Assembly: GCA_963642055.1 (NCBI GenBank)
Contig: CAVIFQ010000008.1
Location: 14,805 to 78,804, forward strand
Direction of reading: 5' to 3'
From: Roseburia hominis
Lineage (GTDB): Bacteria > Bacillota_I > Bacilli_A > RFN20 > CAG-826
Length of the DNA stretch: 64,000 nucleotides
Shown in pieces: positions 18,766 through 28,390 of this stretch. A program made the position numbers and the translations under genes. Position 1 is the first letter of the stretch, and the number at the start of each line of letters is the position of its first letter. The notes beneath the pieces were generated by a model. It had not been told where the DNA came from. It saw only the letters and a list, made by a program, of their open reading frames with translations, and made no database searches.

Positions 18766-20013
18766 CTAAAACCTTTCACCGTTACCGATAAAGTCAATTA
18801 TATTCACGTGTTTTATGCCGCTTCTTTTCTGCAAAAGGCGATCCATGGTCACAAGATACCTTGGGTAATTGTCCTTGGTCGTTTCAAGAGGTCTATATTC
18901 GCGGTTCTCGGTTTCTTCGCTGATAGCGATAGTACGAGCAACCTGAATATAAGCGTAGTGCCCATCCGTTCCGCGCACGATGAAGTCGCATTCGAACTTT
19001 CCGAATTTCCCAACGCTCACTGAATAATCGAGCGATTTCGCGTAGTTATGGACAATATTCTCGAGCACTGGCCCGTAATTTATCTTGTTGTCGGTGTTCA
19101 AAGCATAATAAAAGGATAAGTCGGATAGGTAGAATTTCTTCTCCCCAGACAACGAACGCTTGGACTTCATATCGAAACGATTGCAGGGCATTATGATTTT
19201 GGCATCGATGAGCGCCTCAATGTACCTATTGACCGTCTCCCTTTTGATGATGACGCCATCTTTCGCTAAAGCATCAACGATATTGCTGATGCTGGTCGTC
19301 GCACCAAAATTGTTGATGATATAGTTCATGACGATCTCGAAAACGGACTTCTGCCTTATCTTCACACGCCTACGGATATCCTTCTCGAATATCTCCAGCA
19401 TAAGATTTTTGACATAGGTTCTTTTATCGCTTTCCGAAGAAAGATTCAAAGCGTAAGGGAAGCCGCCTCCTAAAATATAACTTTGAATTTCCGCTTCCTT
19501 ATCATTATCAATCGGTAGCTGAAAATGACGTTTTGCCGCCAAATATTCATCGAATGTGTAAGGGAAGATATCAAACTCGATGTAGCGGCCCGTTAGTTTC
19601 GTAACTAGCTCTCCAGATAGCAAATAGGAGTTCGACCCCGTCACGAAGATGGAGAAATTGCCCTCCTCTCTCCAAGCATTAAGAATGATCTCGAAGCCCT
19701 TCACGTTCTGCACCTCATCAATGAAGAGGTATTTCTTCCCTTGCGCCTTTGCGTTTTTCTCAATAAGAGCATCCAATTTATCAGGCGTATCAATACCGAT
19801 GTAGGGCCTTTTGTCGAGATTGAAATAAAGGATATTTTCCTCTTTGACGCCTTGCGCAAGAAGATCGCGGATAATCAAATTCATTATCGATGATTTTCCG
19901 CACCGCCTTACGCCAGTCAAAACCTTGATGAGGTCGCACTCATGATAAAAGCCTCTTATCTTAGATAGATACTTCTCGCGTTTGAATAAATCTTTGCTCA
20001 CGTCTATATCCAT
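18766..20013 (-). CDS. AAA+ ATPase, DUF4143-type (paralog C); nuclease-like motif degenerate
   Basis: Walker A GVRRCGKSS and Walker B LFIDEVQ. C-terminal ECDFIV...IQVAR. ATG at 20013 is preceded by GGAGGTG. Confidence 0.85.
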   Translation of the reverse strand: MDIDVSKDLFKREKYLSKIRGFYHECDLIKVLTGVRRCGKSSIMNLIIRDLLAQGVKEENILYFNLDKRPYIGIDTPDKLDALIEKNAKAQGKKYLFIDEVQNVKGFEIILNAWREEGNFSIFVTGSNSYLLSGELVTKLTGRYIEFDIFPYTFDEYLAAKRHFQLPIDNDKEAEIQSYILGGGFPYALNLSSESDKRTYVKNLMLEIFEKDIRRRVKIRQKSVFEIVMNYIINNFGATTSISNIVDALAKDGVIIKRETVNRYIEALIDAKIIMPCNRFDMKSKRSLSGEKKFYLSDLSFYYALNTDNKINYGPVLENIVHNYAKSLDYSVSVGKFGKFECDFIVRGTDGHYAYIQVARTIAISEETENREYRPLETTKDNYPRYLVTMDRLLQKRSGIKHVNIIDFIGNGERF

Positions 20014-20068
20014 GTGCGCACCTCCAAAAGGTTTCAATAATTATACGACATCCAAAAACTGAAATTGC

Positions 20069-20120
20069 AAGTTAAGGGGGTAACTTTTGAATTTTTAACG
20101 ATTTTTACCCCTTTAACTGG
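20069..20120. repeat. 52-bp imperfect palindrome, copy Y
   Basis: Lies 56-107 bp upstream of the ATPase C start; a direct copy of X. Confidence 0.9.
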
Positions 20121-20594
20121 CATATTCATGTGCTTACAAAACATATTTGGTTTACGGATATTTTCGTGAACGAATCAGAATGAGAATATTATTCCCTCAG
20201 CTTTGTTTATTCATGTGATGATGGTTATTTCGACATCCTCAAGACTCCCCTTCAGTTTCCCATGGAAATACTCAAGTAAGGTATCCGCGCACACGTTTGA
20301 GACGAATGTCCTCTTGATGAAGCGGATTTTCTCGTCCTTGGAGACACCGGATACGGGATTATCTATATTCTTCGCCAGAATCTTTTTCATCTTGCTGATG
20401 AAACAATTAAGGTCGGTGGCATTTGCTCGGTTTTGATGATTCTTCTTGCTCTCCCCCTCTCTCCTCTATCTACTCGATAACTTCGTGCTGAAAATCACAT
20501 TAAAGAAGAAAATCAAGCGAACTTGGTTGCAGCAATATTCGATAATGCCAGGATCTTTAAGTCAATTCCATAGCAACTTCATACATTCCGCTTC

Positions 20595-20682
20595 TAGACT
20601 TTTTCAAGGGAGTTTTCAATGAGATGCTAGACTTTTTCAAGGGAGTTTTATTAATGAACGAAGACTTTTTCAAGGGAGTTTT
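20595..20682. repeat. three 22-bp repeats (tAGACTTTTTCAAGGGAGTTTT) at exact 33-bp phasing
   Basis: Copies start at 20595, 20628 and 20661. The 11-bp intervening segments differ. Confidence 0.9.
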
Positions 20683-20896
20683 AGAAAAATTGTAGTAGTA
20701 AAGAAAGGCGGACAGCCTCTCACAGATGAATTTTGGAGTCGAATCAAATACCTCGTGGTTACGTACCATTTCTTTTTGTCTTTCCATCAACAAAATTTAG
20801 AAGGGATGCTCGAAATGACTGTCCCTCCTTCCCGTAAAGAAGAGGGAAGCAAAATAAAAAGCCCCATGTTTGATACTATGAGGCAATCTAACGTAC

Positions 20897-20980
20897 TGGT
20901 GCCCGGCGCGAGAGTCGAACTCGCATGGATTTCTCCGAACGATTTTGAGTCGTTTGCGTCTACCATTTCGCCAGCTGGGC
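20897..20980 (-). tRNA. tRNA-Leu (anticodon CAA)
   Basis: Cloverleaf with a long variable arm, anticodon loop CTCAAAA, TTCGACT T-loop and encoded CCA. Confidence 0.9.
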
Positions 20981-20995
20981 AACGAGGCGAGGACT

Positions 20996-21023
20996 ATTAT
21001 AGAGGATACTTATCGTTTTTCAA
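20996..21023 (-). promoter_or_regulatory. candidate promoter of tRNA-Leu (TTGAAA-16-TATAAT)
   Basis: On the minus strand, TATAAT lies 15 nt upstream of the tRNA 5' end, with TTGAAA 16 nt further upstream. Confidence 0.5.
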
Positions 21024-21338
21024 AACAAAATCGGAATTTGACAAATGCTTCTCGCGCGCCTAAATCCGCCAACCTACTATAGGCGTTTTATATAGGACAA
21101 TAATTCATCAACGAATAAGCGATTTCAAAGCCCCGATATTCGCAAAATCGATAAAAGCGTGCCCTTTTTGCGCTGATTTAAGAAAAAATCGATGCAAAAT
21201 TGAGATATGCGCAAGTTCTATAGTCGCAGTGCTTTTTTCATTCTTTAAGGCGCTTAAACCATCCTATTTTATCTTGGTAATCGCTTTCATAAACTTCCGC
21301 TTTCTTTCTTATTAGGCCGCACTAAAATAGGCGCGCAA

Positions 21339-22844
21339 ATGAATATCGCACAGAAAATCAAAAAACTCTTCGACCCAGTCGAACTAACCTCCGGGTCCAT
21401 CTATAAAAGCCTCATCGCTTTCTTGATCCCGATTGTTTTATCGATGCTCTTCCAGCAACTCTACACCTTGACCGACGCTCTCATCGTTGGACAAACCTTA
21501 TCGGAAGAAGAAGTCGCTGGCGTCAATAGCTCTAGCCCCCTCGTCTTCATCGTCCTCCAGTTCGGAATGGGTTGCACTGCCGGGTTTTCTGTGGTCATCA
21601 GCGAGAAGATCGGCATGAAAGACATCAGTGGGGTCAAAAAGAGCTTCTTCGTCCAGATCGTTTTGTCGGTCGCTATATCAGCCATTCTCACTTTAATTGG
21701 CATCCTTATGATCCCGACGATGCTCTCTTGGCTTGGTATCACTCCATCGACCATCGATTTATCAATGCAAAAAGAATATGAGGCTGCCTATACCTATTTA
21801 TTATTTATATATATCGGAATCCTCTTTCAGCTTCTTTATAACCTCATCGTCTCCGTGCTGCGCGCTTTGGGTGATTCTTTCACCCCATTCCTCTTTTTGG
21901 TCGGTTCCACCATTCTCAATGTTGGTCTCGACCTTCTCTTCATTCTCGCTTTCCATTGGGGTGTGGCGGGAAGCGCTGTAGCAACCGTCATCTCGCAAGG
22001 TATTGCCGCTATCGGAGCCATAATATACGGCTGCAAGAAATACGACTGCCTCAAAATCAAGAAAGAGGATTTCAAAGCCCCGCTTTCTCTATATTGGAAA
22101 CATCTATATAACGGCCTCCCGATGGGTTTCCAGTTCAGCGTGCTCGAGATCGGCATCATCGTCATGCAAGCCGCCGTCATCGCTTTCGATTTCACTCCAG
22201 CTGGGACGATGGTGGCAGGATTACCTGCCCAAATGGGTTATGGAACGGCTTGCAAAATCTTTGGTCTTCTCATGACTTTCCTCAACGGTTTAGGGACCGC
22301 TGTCCTCTCTTACGTCAGCCAAAATTACGGGGCTGGAAAATATAAACGCGTGCGAGAGGGCATTAAAGCCTCGATGATGATCGGTATCGTCTTGTGGGTC
22401 TTTATAACAGTCGTTGGATTGCTCCTCACGATAAACGGGTCATACGAATATCTTTTCTTGAGCGAAAATAAGGTCACAAGCGAATCCATCAGATACGGCA
22501 ATACCTATTTATTCGTTTCGGTGCCTCTTATGATTATCCTCATGGTGCTCTTCGTTGAAAGGAACGCCCTTCAGGGTCTACAAAAACCGCTTTGGCCTTT
22601 CTTAAGCGGAGTAGGAGAGCTCGTCGCTCGCACCTTGGTATGTCTATATTTGCCAGCTTTGGTTAATGGCGGCCCCATCAATTCAAGCGCCTCCAATTGG
22701 GCTTTTGTCGCCGTCAGCGCCGCTGATCCAGCCGCTTGGGTCTTGAATGTTCTCGTATCTTTGCCGTGTTTAATAATTTCCATCAAGCAGATATCGAAAC
22801 TTGATGATGCACCGGACAAAGCAATATCAAAAGAGGGGCAATAA
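21339..22844 (+). CDS. MATE-family efflux transporter
   Basis: 501 aa with about 12 TM segments. N-terminal QQLYTLTDALIVGQ is a MATE-like motif. Confidence 0.85.
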   Translation: MNIAQKIKKLFDPVELTSGSIYKSLIAFLIPIVLSMLFQQLYTLTDALIVGQTLSEEEVAGVNSSSPLVFIVLQFGMGCTAGFSVVISEKIGMKDISGVKKSFFVQIVLSVAISAILTLIGILMIPTMLSWLGITPSTIDLSMQKEYEAAYTYLLFIYIGILFQLLYNLIVSVLRALGDSFTPFLFLVGSTILNVGLDLLFILAFHWGVAGSAVATVISQGIAAIGAIIYGCKKYDCLKIKKEDFKAPLSLYWKHLYNGLPMGFQFSVLEIGIIVMQAAVIAFDFTPAGTMVAGLPAQMGYGTACKIFGLLMTFLNGLGTAVLSYVSQNYGAGKYKRVREGIKASMMIGIVLWVFITVVGLLLTINGSYEYLFLSENKVTSESIRYGNTYLFVSVPLMIILMVLFVERNALQGLQKPLWPFLSGVGELVARTLVCLYLPALVNGGPINSSASNWAFVAVSAADPAAWVLNVLVSLPCLIISIKQISKLDDAPDKAISKEGQ

Positions 22845-22855
22845 GCCCCTTTTTG
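22833..22855 (+). terminator. rho-independent terminator after the MATE gene
   Basis: GAGGGGC-aataa-GCCCCT hairpin plus TTTT; the stop codon sits in the loop. Confidence 0.6.
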
Positions 22856-22878
22856 TTCATCTTTTTGGTGGAAGACGA

Positions 22879-23499
22879 TTATTTATCGTTGTTCTTCTTT
22901 TCGATATGGCCCGCCAATAGATCGGCGAGTTCTTTGATATTGGCGTTCGTGGTATTGATGAGTATATCGTAATTGTTTCTATCGCCCCACTTTTGGCCCG
23001 TATAGAATTCGTAGTATTTCCTTCTTCTCCGGTCAATCGCCTTTATTCTCTTGGTGATTTCTTTGTCGGAAAGGTCTTCATGGTCTTTCTCGCGGCTTCT
23101 GCATCTAGCGATCTTCGAAGGCATATCGCTATAAACGAAGATGCGAAGAGGGTTGTCATTCCGTAAGGTATAATCGGCGCAGCGCCCGATGATGATGCAG
23201 GATGATTTCTCGGCGAGGTCCCTCACGATATCAGCCTGGGCATTATAGACTTCGATTGATTGCTTAAGATGCGGATCGGTGACCGGGGCCCAGCTATTGC
23301 CGTAATGGATTGGGAATAAAGGAATTGGTCTAGATTCGCTCACTTCCTCGATATATTCCTTGGAGAAAGGCGTCTTATGCTCAATCTCAAGCAAAATCTC
23401 TTTGTCGTAATAAGCGATTCCGAGCTTATCGGCCAAACGTCTCCCGAGCTCGCGCCCGCCGCTCCCGAATTCACGGCTTATAGTAATAACAACGCCCAT
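22879..23499 (-). CDS. cytidylate kinase-like family protein
   Basis: ITISREFGSGGRELGRRLADKLGIAYYDKE is the typical N-terminus of the Cytidylate_kin2 family. Confidence 0.8.
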   Translation of the reverse strand: MGVVITISREFGSGGRELGRRLADKLGIAYYDKEILLEIEHKTPFSKEYIEEVSESRPIPLFPIHYGNSWAPVTDPHLKQSIEVYNAQADIVRDLAEKSSCIIIGRCADYTLRNDNPLRIFVYSDMPSKIARCRSREKDHEDLSDKEITKRIKAIDRRRRKYYEFYTGQKWGDRNNYDILINTTNANIKELADLLAGHIEKKNNDK

Positions 23500-23609
23500 A
23501 TATTTACCTCTTTCTTCTTAAAAGAAATATAGACCACATCGAAAAGAAAAACATATCTTTTTTTGCTTTTTTGTTCTGATTGAGCTTTGTCATTTTGAGT
23601 TTTGCTTTC

Positions 23610-24221
23610 TCATTTGATGAGGGCTTCCATTGAGCAATCAAGAGTCTTCGCGAGCTTATATAATGTTTCGCCTTGCGCCTTGGAAATATCGAGTTTCTTT
23701 TGTTCGTATGCCCTTATTGTTCTTAAGGGGACACCGCTCAATTTAGATAATTCACTCTGCGAGAGTTTTCGCTTCTTGCGCCACACTTTGAGTGAAGGTT
23801 CTGATGTCATATATCGCTCAAGTAGCTGAACAGTCTCTGCTTCATCCATCTCGTGATAAGGGAAATAATCCAGCAACAATTTGCTGCATGGGTAGGCGTT
23901 TATTATTTCCGCGAAGCTTTTAGAGGTATGCCACTGAGCGAAGGCTAATACCCATCCTAGCCAGTATTCGGGAGAGGCGGACATATTTTGTGATGTTTCC
24001 TTTATATCTTTATCAAGCACAATCCCCAAAAGCTCGTTAGCGGATTTTCCCGCAAGATAAATGGGGTTTCCTTCTTCAAAGGCCTTGCTTATTTTTGAGG
24101 CAACGAATTTTTTCCCAAATTCATCGACCGTCAATTTTTCTTCATATACGGCAAGTTCAAACATGGAAGCGAGTTTACTTTGGGCGAGGTCGAGATAATA
24201 TTCATCGTAGGCGCGGATCAT
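23610..24221 (-). CDS. XRE-type HTH protein with an N-terminal domain of unknown function (putative partner/antitoxin of DUF3990)
   Basis: C-terminal RKKRKLSQSELSKLSGVPLRTIRAYEQKK is an HTH. Overlaps the upstream gene by 20 nt. Confidence 0.65.
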   Translation of the reverse strand: MIRAYDEYYLDLAQSKLASMFELAVYEEKLTVDEFGKKFVASKISKAFEEGNPIYLAGKSANELLGIVLDKDIKETSQNMSASPEYWLGWVLAFAQWHTSKSFAEIINAYPCSKLLLDYFPYHEMDEAETVQLLERYMTSEPSLKVWRKKRKLSQSELSKLSGVPLRTIRAYEQKKLDISKAQGETLYKLAKTLDCSMEALIK

Positions 24222-24885
24222 CGTTAACTACCCCTCCTTTCAATATCTCGCTCAGGTATAGGGCGTCTGGATCAAAACGCCCTTCTTTATTCGACAAAAA
24301 CGCCATCCTCGCTTCTTCGTTTCTGATTTTTCGAAGTGGGTAATAAATGTCAGATTTCGCGATTTCGTAACCCGAAAAGCGCAGCGAAGAAAAGGCTTTT
24401 TGGCTTTTGACCACTATTTGCTCTCCCAAATTTCCGAGTCTAAGAGCTTCGCTTAACCTTTGGCAAGAGATTGTGTTGTTCAAGAAGGATTCGGCATACG
24501 CAAAATAAGAATCGTCCGCTCGATACCCCTTGATGATGTCATATTTCTCATAAGGCAAAGAGAAATGCTCTATTAGGTATCTTCTCCCTTGTTTCGTGAT
24601 GTCATTTTTCAGAGTAAAAACCCTATTCATGAGGAGAATTGTTATCCAATGGAGGATATTGTATTTAGGATCAGACAAATCAAGGCAAGAAAGAGAAGTT
24701 GCATCAAGCTCGTATTTATTGGCGTAGCCATCTTGCCCGTCCGTTACGCCCCATTCTTTCGCTAAATCGGGATCTTCCGTGCAGTAAAAGCCAAGACCAT
24801 AATCATTTTTCGGATTCCCAAACCCAAATTGCGGCCTTCCCCTAACTTCGCTCGACCCATGATATATGATGTAGTTCTTTTTCAT
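24202..24885 (-). CDS. DUF3990 domain protein (putative toxin-like enzyme)
   Basis: YHGSS...FGFGNPKNDYGLGFYCTEDPDLAKEW is the DUF3990 N-terminal signature. ATG at 24885 has an AAAGGTG RBS. Confidence 0.7.
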   Translation of the reverse strand: MKKNYIIYHGSSEVRGRPQFGFGNPKNDYGLGFYCTEDPDLAKEWGVTDGQDGYANKYELDATSLSCLDLSDPKYNILHWITILLMNRVFTLKNDITKQGRRYLIEHFSLPYEKYDIIKGYRADDSYFAYAESFLNNTISCQRLSEALRLGNLGEQIVVKSQKAFSSLRFSGYEIAKSDIYYPLRKIRNEEARMAFLSNKEGRFDPDALYLSEILKGGVVNDDPRLR

Positions 24886-25009
24886 ATCAAGCACCTTTCT
24901 CAGCACAAATTATAACATTGCAGTTCTCTCTTTAACACGTTTTGTGCCATTACAATGTCATAAAACAGTATTCGTCAAATATCACGACCAACAAACGATC
25001 TACTTAACG

Positions 25010-25033
25010 AAAAAAGGCCGGCATCTTCCGACC
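25010..25033 (-). terminator. terminator downstream of the tRNA-Leu/tRNA-Arg pair
   Basis: On the minus strand: GGTCGG-aagatg-CCGGCC followed by TTTTTT. Confidence 0.55.
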
Positions 25034-25044
25034 TATGACAGCTC

Positions 25045-25122
25045 TGGCGCGCCCGAACGGATTCGAACCGTTGGCCTCAAGCTTCGGAGGCTTGCGCTCT
25101 ATCCAGGCTGAGCTACGGGCGC
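25045..25122 (-). tRNA. tRNA-Arg (anticodon CCG)
   Basis: Cloverleaf; anticodon loop CTCCGAA; TTCGAAT T-loop; CCA encoded. Confidence 0.9.
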
Positions 25123-25124
25123 AT

Positions 25125-25208
25125 TGGTGCACTGAACGAGACTTGAACTCGTACCGGTTGCCCGACTGGCTTCTGAGACCAGCGCGTATACCATTCCGCC
25201 ATCAGTGC
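25125..25208 (-). tRNA. tRNA-Leu (anticodon CAG)
   Basis: Long variable arm; anticodon loop CTCAGAA; CCA encoded. Confidence 0.9.
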
Positions 25209-25226
25209 AGCTCCATAACTATAGTC

Positions 25227-26159
25227 TCAGTGGCTCAAAAAGTCGATAATTCTCTTATAGACGCCTTCGTTGATCTCACACGCCTTTTTTATGTCTAAAG
25301 AAGGATGTTTTTCGCTTGCTATATCGTGAAGATGCTCTTTCAAATAGGCGTTGGTGTAACTCTCCGCACGATCAGTCAAATACGGAGAATGGCCCTCTCC
25401 TTCAATCAAGAGCAATTCGACATTGCTCAACTTCGCGCATTCCTTTTCAAGGATTTTTCCAGAGACAACATACGGCACAACCGGATCGCCTTTCTTTTGG
25501 ATATAAAGGAGAGAAGCCTCACTTTCTTTGACGATTTTCAAAGCATCGATGTTTCTCTTTTTGCCGTAGTAGAGGCGAATCGCGAATCTCCCAAAGAAAG
25601 CCACAAGCGGGTTTTTAAAGCGCGGAATCAAGGCCAAAATTTCGCTCTCCGGCTGCAAAAATCCGGAAAGAGAAACGGCTTTTGCGACGTTATATCGTTT
25701 TTGCATCGCTAGAAGGGCGGCATATCCGCCCCAAGAATGGCCCATCGCAAAGCGTGTTAAACCGTGTGCTTCTTCATCTTTATCCAAGAAGGAGAAAAAG
25801 GCTTCTTGCTCGTTTGCGCACTCTCCTAGACCTTTATATCCTCTCCCCTCGCTTTGCATCGATCCGAGGTTATCGTAGGCGTAGACAAGATAGCCGTCTG
25901 CGCACAGTCTTTCTATCACGTTCATGTAAGCTGTTCTTCCAGCGCCGATGCCGTGGAAGAAGACAATAAGAGCCTTTATCTTCACGCCCTTCTTTTTGTA
26001 GCGGCTCCCATAAATCCGATAGCCATTCGAAACAAAAGAAAAGCGCGATTCATCAAGGGAAAAATCCTCGGCTGAATAATATGGGAGTGAAGGTGAGCCG
26101 TCATAACGGATCCCCGCATCCTTCATCAAAGCAAGCAAAGTAAAGAGAAAAATAAGCAT
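25227..26159 (-). CDS. alpha/beta hydrolase
   Basis: Nucleophile elbow GHSWGG and oxyanion region VFFHGIG; 310 aa. Confidence 0.75.
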   Translation of the reverse strand: MLIFLFTLLALMKDAGIRYDGSPSLPYYSAEDFSLDESRFSFVSNGYRIYGSRYKKKGVKIKALIVFFHGIGAGRTAYMNVIERLCADGYLVYAYDNLGSMQSEGRGYKGLGECANEQEAFFSFLDKDEEAHGLTRFAMGHSWGGYAALLAMQKRYNVAKAVSLSGFLQPESEILALIPRFKNPLVAFFGRFAIRLYYGKKRNIDALKIVKESEASLLYIQKKGDPVVPYVVSGKILEKECAKLSNVELLLIEGEGHSPYLTDRAESYTNAYLKEHLHDIASEKHPSLDIKKACEINEGVYKRIIDFLSH

Positions 26160-26164
26160 ATGCG

Positions 26165-26857
26165 TTAATCGTTGAAGACGCTTGAAATCACTTCATCCGA
26201 GAACTCGTCATTCATTTTGCGCCCCTCGCCTTCATTCGCTGAGGCTTTGGCGATTTCTTCTTTAAGGACGCAAGTGAGCACATCAATCGCGAGATTCTCT
26301 ACCCCGTCATTATTGATGATGAGATCGGCGTAATTGCTCGATGGCCGCACGATTTCCTCATACATCGGCTGCACCGAGGAGAAATACTGATTGACGATAT
26401 TCTCGAAACTCCTGCCCCTCTCCTTTTTATCGCGGATCATCCTTCTTAAGAAGCGTCTTTCTGATCCGGCGGAGATGAAAACGCGGAGATTGCCAAGCTC
26501 TCTGATGTCTTTATCGACGAGCGCCATAATGCCTTCCACGAGGACTATCTTCTTAGGAGCGATCGTCTCGATTTTATCTGACCTAGTAAGTTGCACGAAA
26601 TCATAAACAGGCTTCTCGATCTCTTTACCCTTTTTAAGGAGAGCTACCTGCTTTCTCATAAGGGGCCAGTCAAAAGCTTTGGGGTGGTCGTAATTCACTT
26701 TATAACGTTCTTCGAGGCTCATCTCGCTTTGATCTTTGTAATAGTCATCAAGCGTGATGCGGGTCACATTCTCTTCGCCGAGGTTCTTGATGACGGCGCT
26801 TGTGACATAGCTTTTGCCGCTTGATGAACCTCCCCCAATTAAAATGATCCTTGGCAT
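26165..26857 (-). CDS. udk: uridine kinase
   Basis: P-loop IGGGSSSGKS, plus DDYYKDQS and NYDHPKAFD motifs. Confidence 0.9.
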   Translation of the reverse strand: MPRIILIGGGSSSGKSYVTSAVIKNLGEENVTRITLDDYYKDQSEMSLEERYKVNYDHPKAFDWPLMRKQVALLKKGKEIEKPVYDFVQLTRSDKIETIAPKKIVLVEGIMALVDKDIRELGNLRVFISAGSERRFLRRMIRDKKERGRSFENIVNQYFSSVQPMYEEIVRPSSNYADLIINNDGVENLAIDVLTCVLKEEIAKASANEGEGRKMNDEFSDEVISSVFND

Positions 26858-27045
26858 ATAAGACCCCTCCTAATTCGGTTAATCATTCTATCATAGAGGT
26901 CTTTTCTCTTTGATAAGCAATATAGGACAAACATCGAAAACCCCGCAAAGAGGGCTTCAAATTTTAGATATTCGGCAAAATCGATAATAATTTAATGGCG
27001 ATGGGCAAATAAAAAAGCGCCCATCGCGGACGCCATTTTACAAGA

Positions 27046-27121
27046 TGGTGGAGCGTAAGAGGATCGAACTCTCGACCTCCTCCATGCCATGGAGGCGCTC
27101 TCCCAGCTGAGCTAACGCCCC
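27046..27121 (-). tRNA. tRNA-Ala (anticodon GGC)
   Basis: G3:U70 identity pair; anticodon loop ATGGCAT; CCA encoded. Confidence 0.9.
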
Positions 27122-27194
27122 ATCTTCGCGCTTCAAACGCAAGGAAGATGATATGAGCATCATCAGTCCTTGTCAATCAATTTTTCGGGATTGT

Positions 27195-27271
27195 TGGCGC
27201 GCCCGAGCCGATTCGAACGGCTGACCCCTTCCTTAGGAGGGAAGTGCTCTGTCCAGCTGAGCTACGGGCGC
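27195..27271 (-). tRNA. tRNA-Arg (anticodon CCU)
   Basis: Anticodon loop CTCCTAA; acceptor and T arms nearly identical to tRNA-Arg(CCG). Confidence 0.9.
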
Positions 27272-27307
27272 ACGCAAGAACGTATTCTATCACATTCTCG
27301 AGGAATC

Positions 27308-28390
27308 CTATTCTTTTTTGAAACTTAAGGCCCAGCCTAAAGAATAGAGAATGAAGAATATGAAGGAGAAGATACCTGATAATAAAAGTTTCCAGCTTTC
27401 ACCGCTCCCAGTATCGATGAATGAAAACCCGATCGTGAAGGAAGCAAAAACGAGATTCGCAATGGCAAAGAATCCGACAAAGCGCCGGAATGGGCCATAT
27501 CCTAGATAGCTTGATATCGCCCCGATGCCGGCGATAAGAAGGAAAAGGAAAGATAAAGTCATGGTGATGGCGTAAATTATGATGAAGGCGGGTGAAACTT
27601 GATATTCAGGCTTCAAAATATCGCTGATGCTCGACAAAAGGCTCGATACGGATATTGCAAGGAAGCCGCTTCCAGAGATAAGAAGCAACTCTTTGGATAA
27701 GCGCTTGACCTTGCTTTCTTCCGCCCACTGCTTGAAGACATCCTCGCATTTTTCTGCAGCAAGGCATTTTTTGCTCTCACCATCGATGAAGGAAATGGAA
27801 CTCACGCAGTTGCGGAGCCTCATCGTTCTCTTTTTCTCTTCGCTTGGCGAAAGGAACATGATGGATACTGCTTCCCAAATGAAGACCCAGCCGACGATAT
27901 CGATGACCTCGGTCAATAAGTCCTTTAAGGAGTCACTCCCGAACCAGCCGTTGTGGCCGCCGGCAATCATGAACACCAAACAGGAGATACCCGCCACAAG
28001 GAGCAAAGCGATGCGGAGACCGTTCTTTTTGCTCTCGCTCAAAACGCTGTAGTGCCCCATCTCCACCGCATCATTGAAGGAAGCGATGAGCGTTTTCGGG
28101 TCATACCCTTCATAGTCATCAATCGCGAAATTCAAATCGACGCGATAGTCGACCGGAACGCGCGAGATGATATCGCCGACTCTCGCTAAAATATCGCCAT
28201 TGAACTCAGGATGCTCTTCCGAAAAATAGTCATTCACGAAAAGCTCGCTGGCTTTTTCATAAGCAAGCGTTATCTTGACTGTCTTTTTCGTCTCGTCTAC
28301 TTCATAGTACTTCTTAAGCAGCTCGATTTGTCTGGCTTTGATAGGATTATATTGCTCACTTTTCTTTTTCATCGCGCTTATTTTATCCAT
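27308..28390 (-). CDS. hypothetical membrane protein (soluble N-domain plus about 6 TM segments)
   Basis: Long ORF with hydrophobic segments; I recognise no family. Confidence 0.5.
   Translation of the reverse strand: MDKISAMKKKSEQYNPIKARQIELLKKYYEVDETKKTVKITLAYEKASELFVNDYFSEEHPEFNGDILARVGDIISRVPVDYRVDLNFAIDDYEGYDPKTLIASFNDAVEMGHYSVLSESKKNGLRIALLLVAGISCLVFMIAGGHNGWFGSDSLKDLLTEVIDIVGWVFIWEAVSIMFLSPSEEKKRTMRLRNCVSSISFIDGESKKCLAAEKCEDVFKQWAEESKVKRLSKELLLISGSGFLAISVSSLLSSISDILKPEYQVSPAFIIIYAITMTLSFLFLLIAGIGAISSYLGYGPFRRFVGFFAIANLVFASFTIGFSFIDTGSGESWKLLLSGIFSFIFFILYSLGWALSFKKE

Noticed and set aside
20211-20390. 59-codon minus-strand ORF (MKKILAKNIDNPVSGVSKDEKIRF...).
   Set aside because: It has an ATG start but no convincing RBS and no recognisable family, and it is below the ORF-track threshold. 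It is mentioned only as context for the orphan repeat array and is not called as a gene.
20557-20793. 78-aa minus-strand ORF with a repeated KTPLKKSS motif.
   Set aside because: The peptide repeat is simply the translation of the 33-bp-phased DNA repeat array. There is no RBS and no recognisable fold.
20755-21063. 102-aa plus-strand ORF. The ORFs 25035-25298 and 26964-27176 are similar cases.
   Set aside because: These ORFs run straight through well-formed tRNA genes on the opposite strand and have no RBS, so they are spurious.
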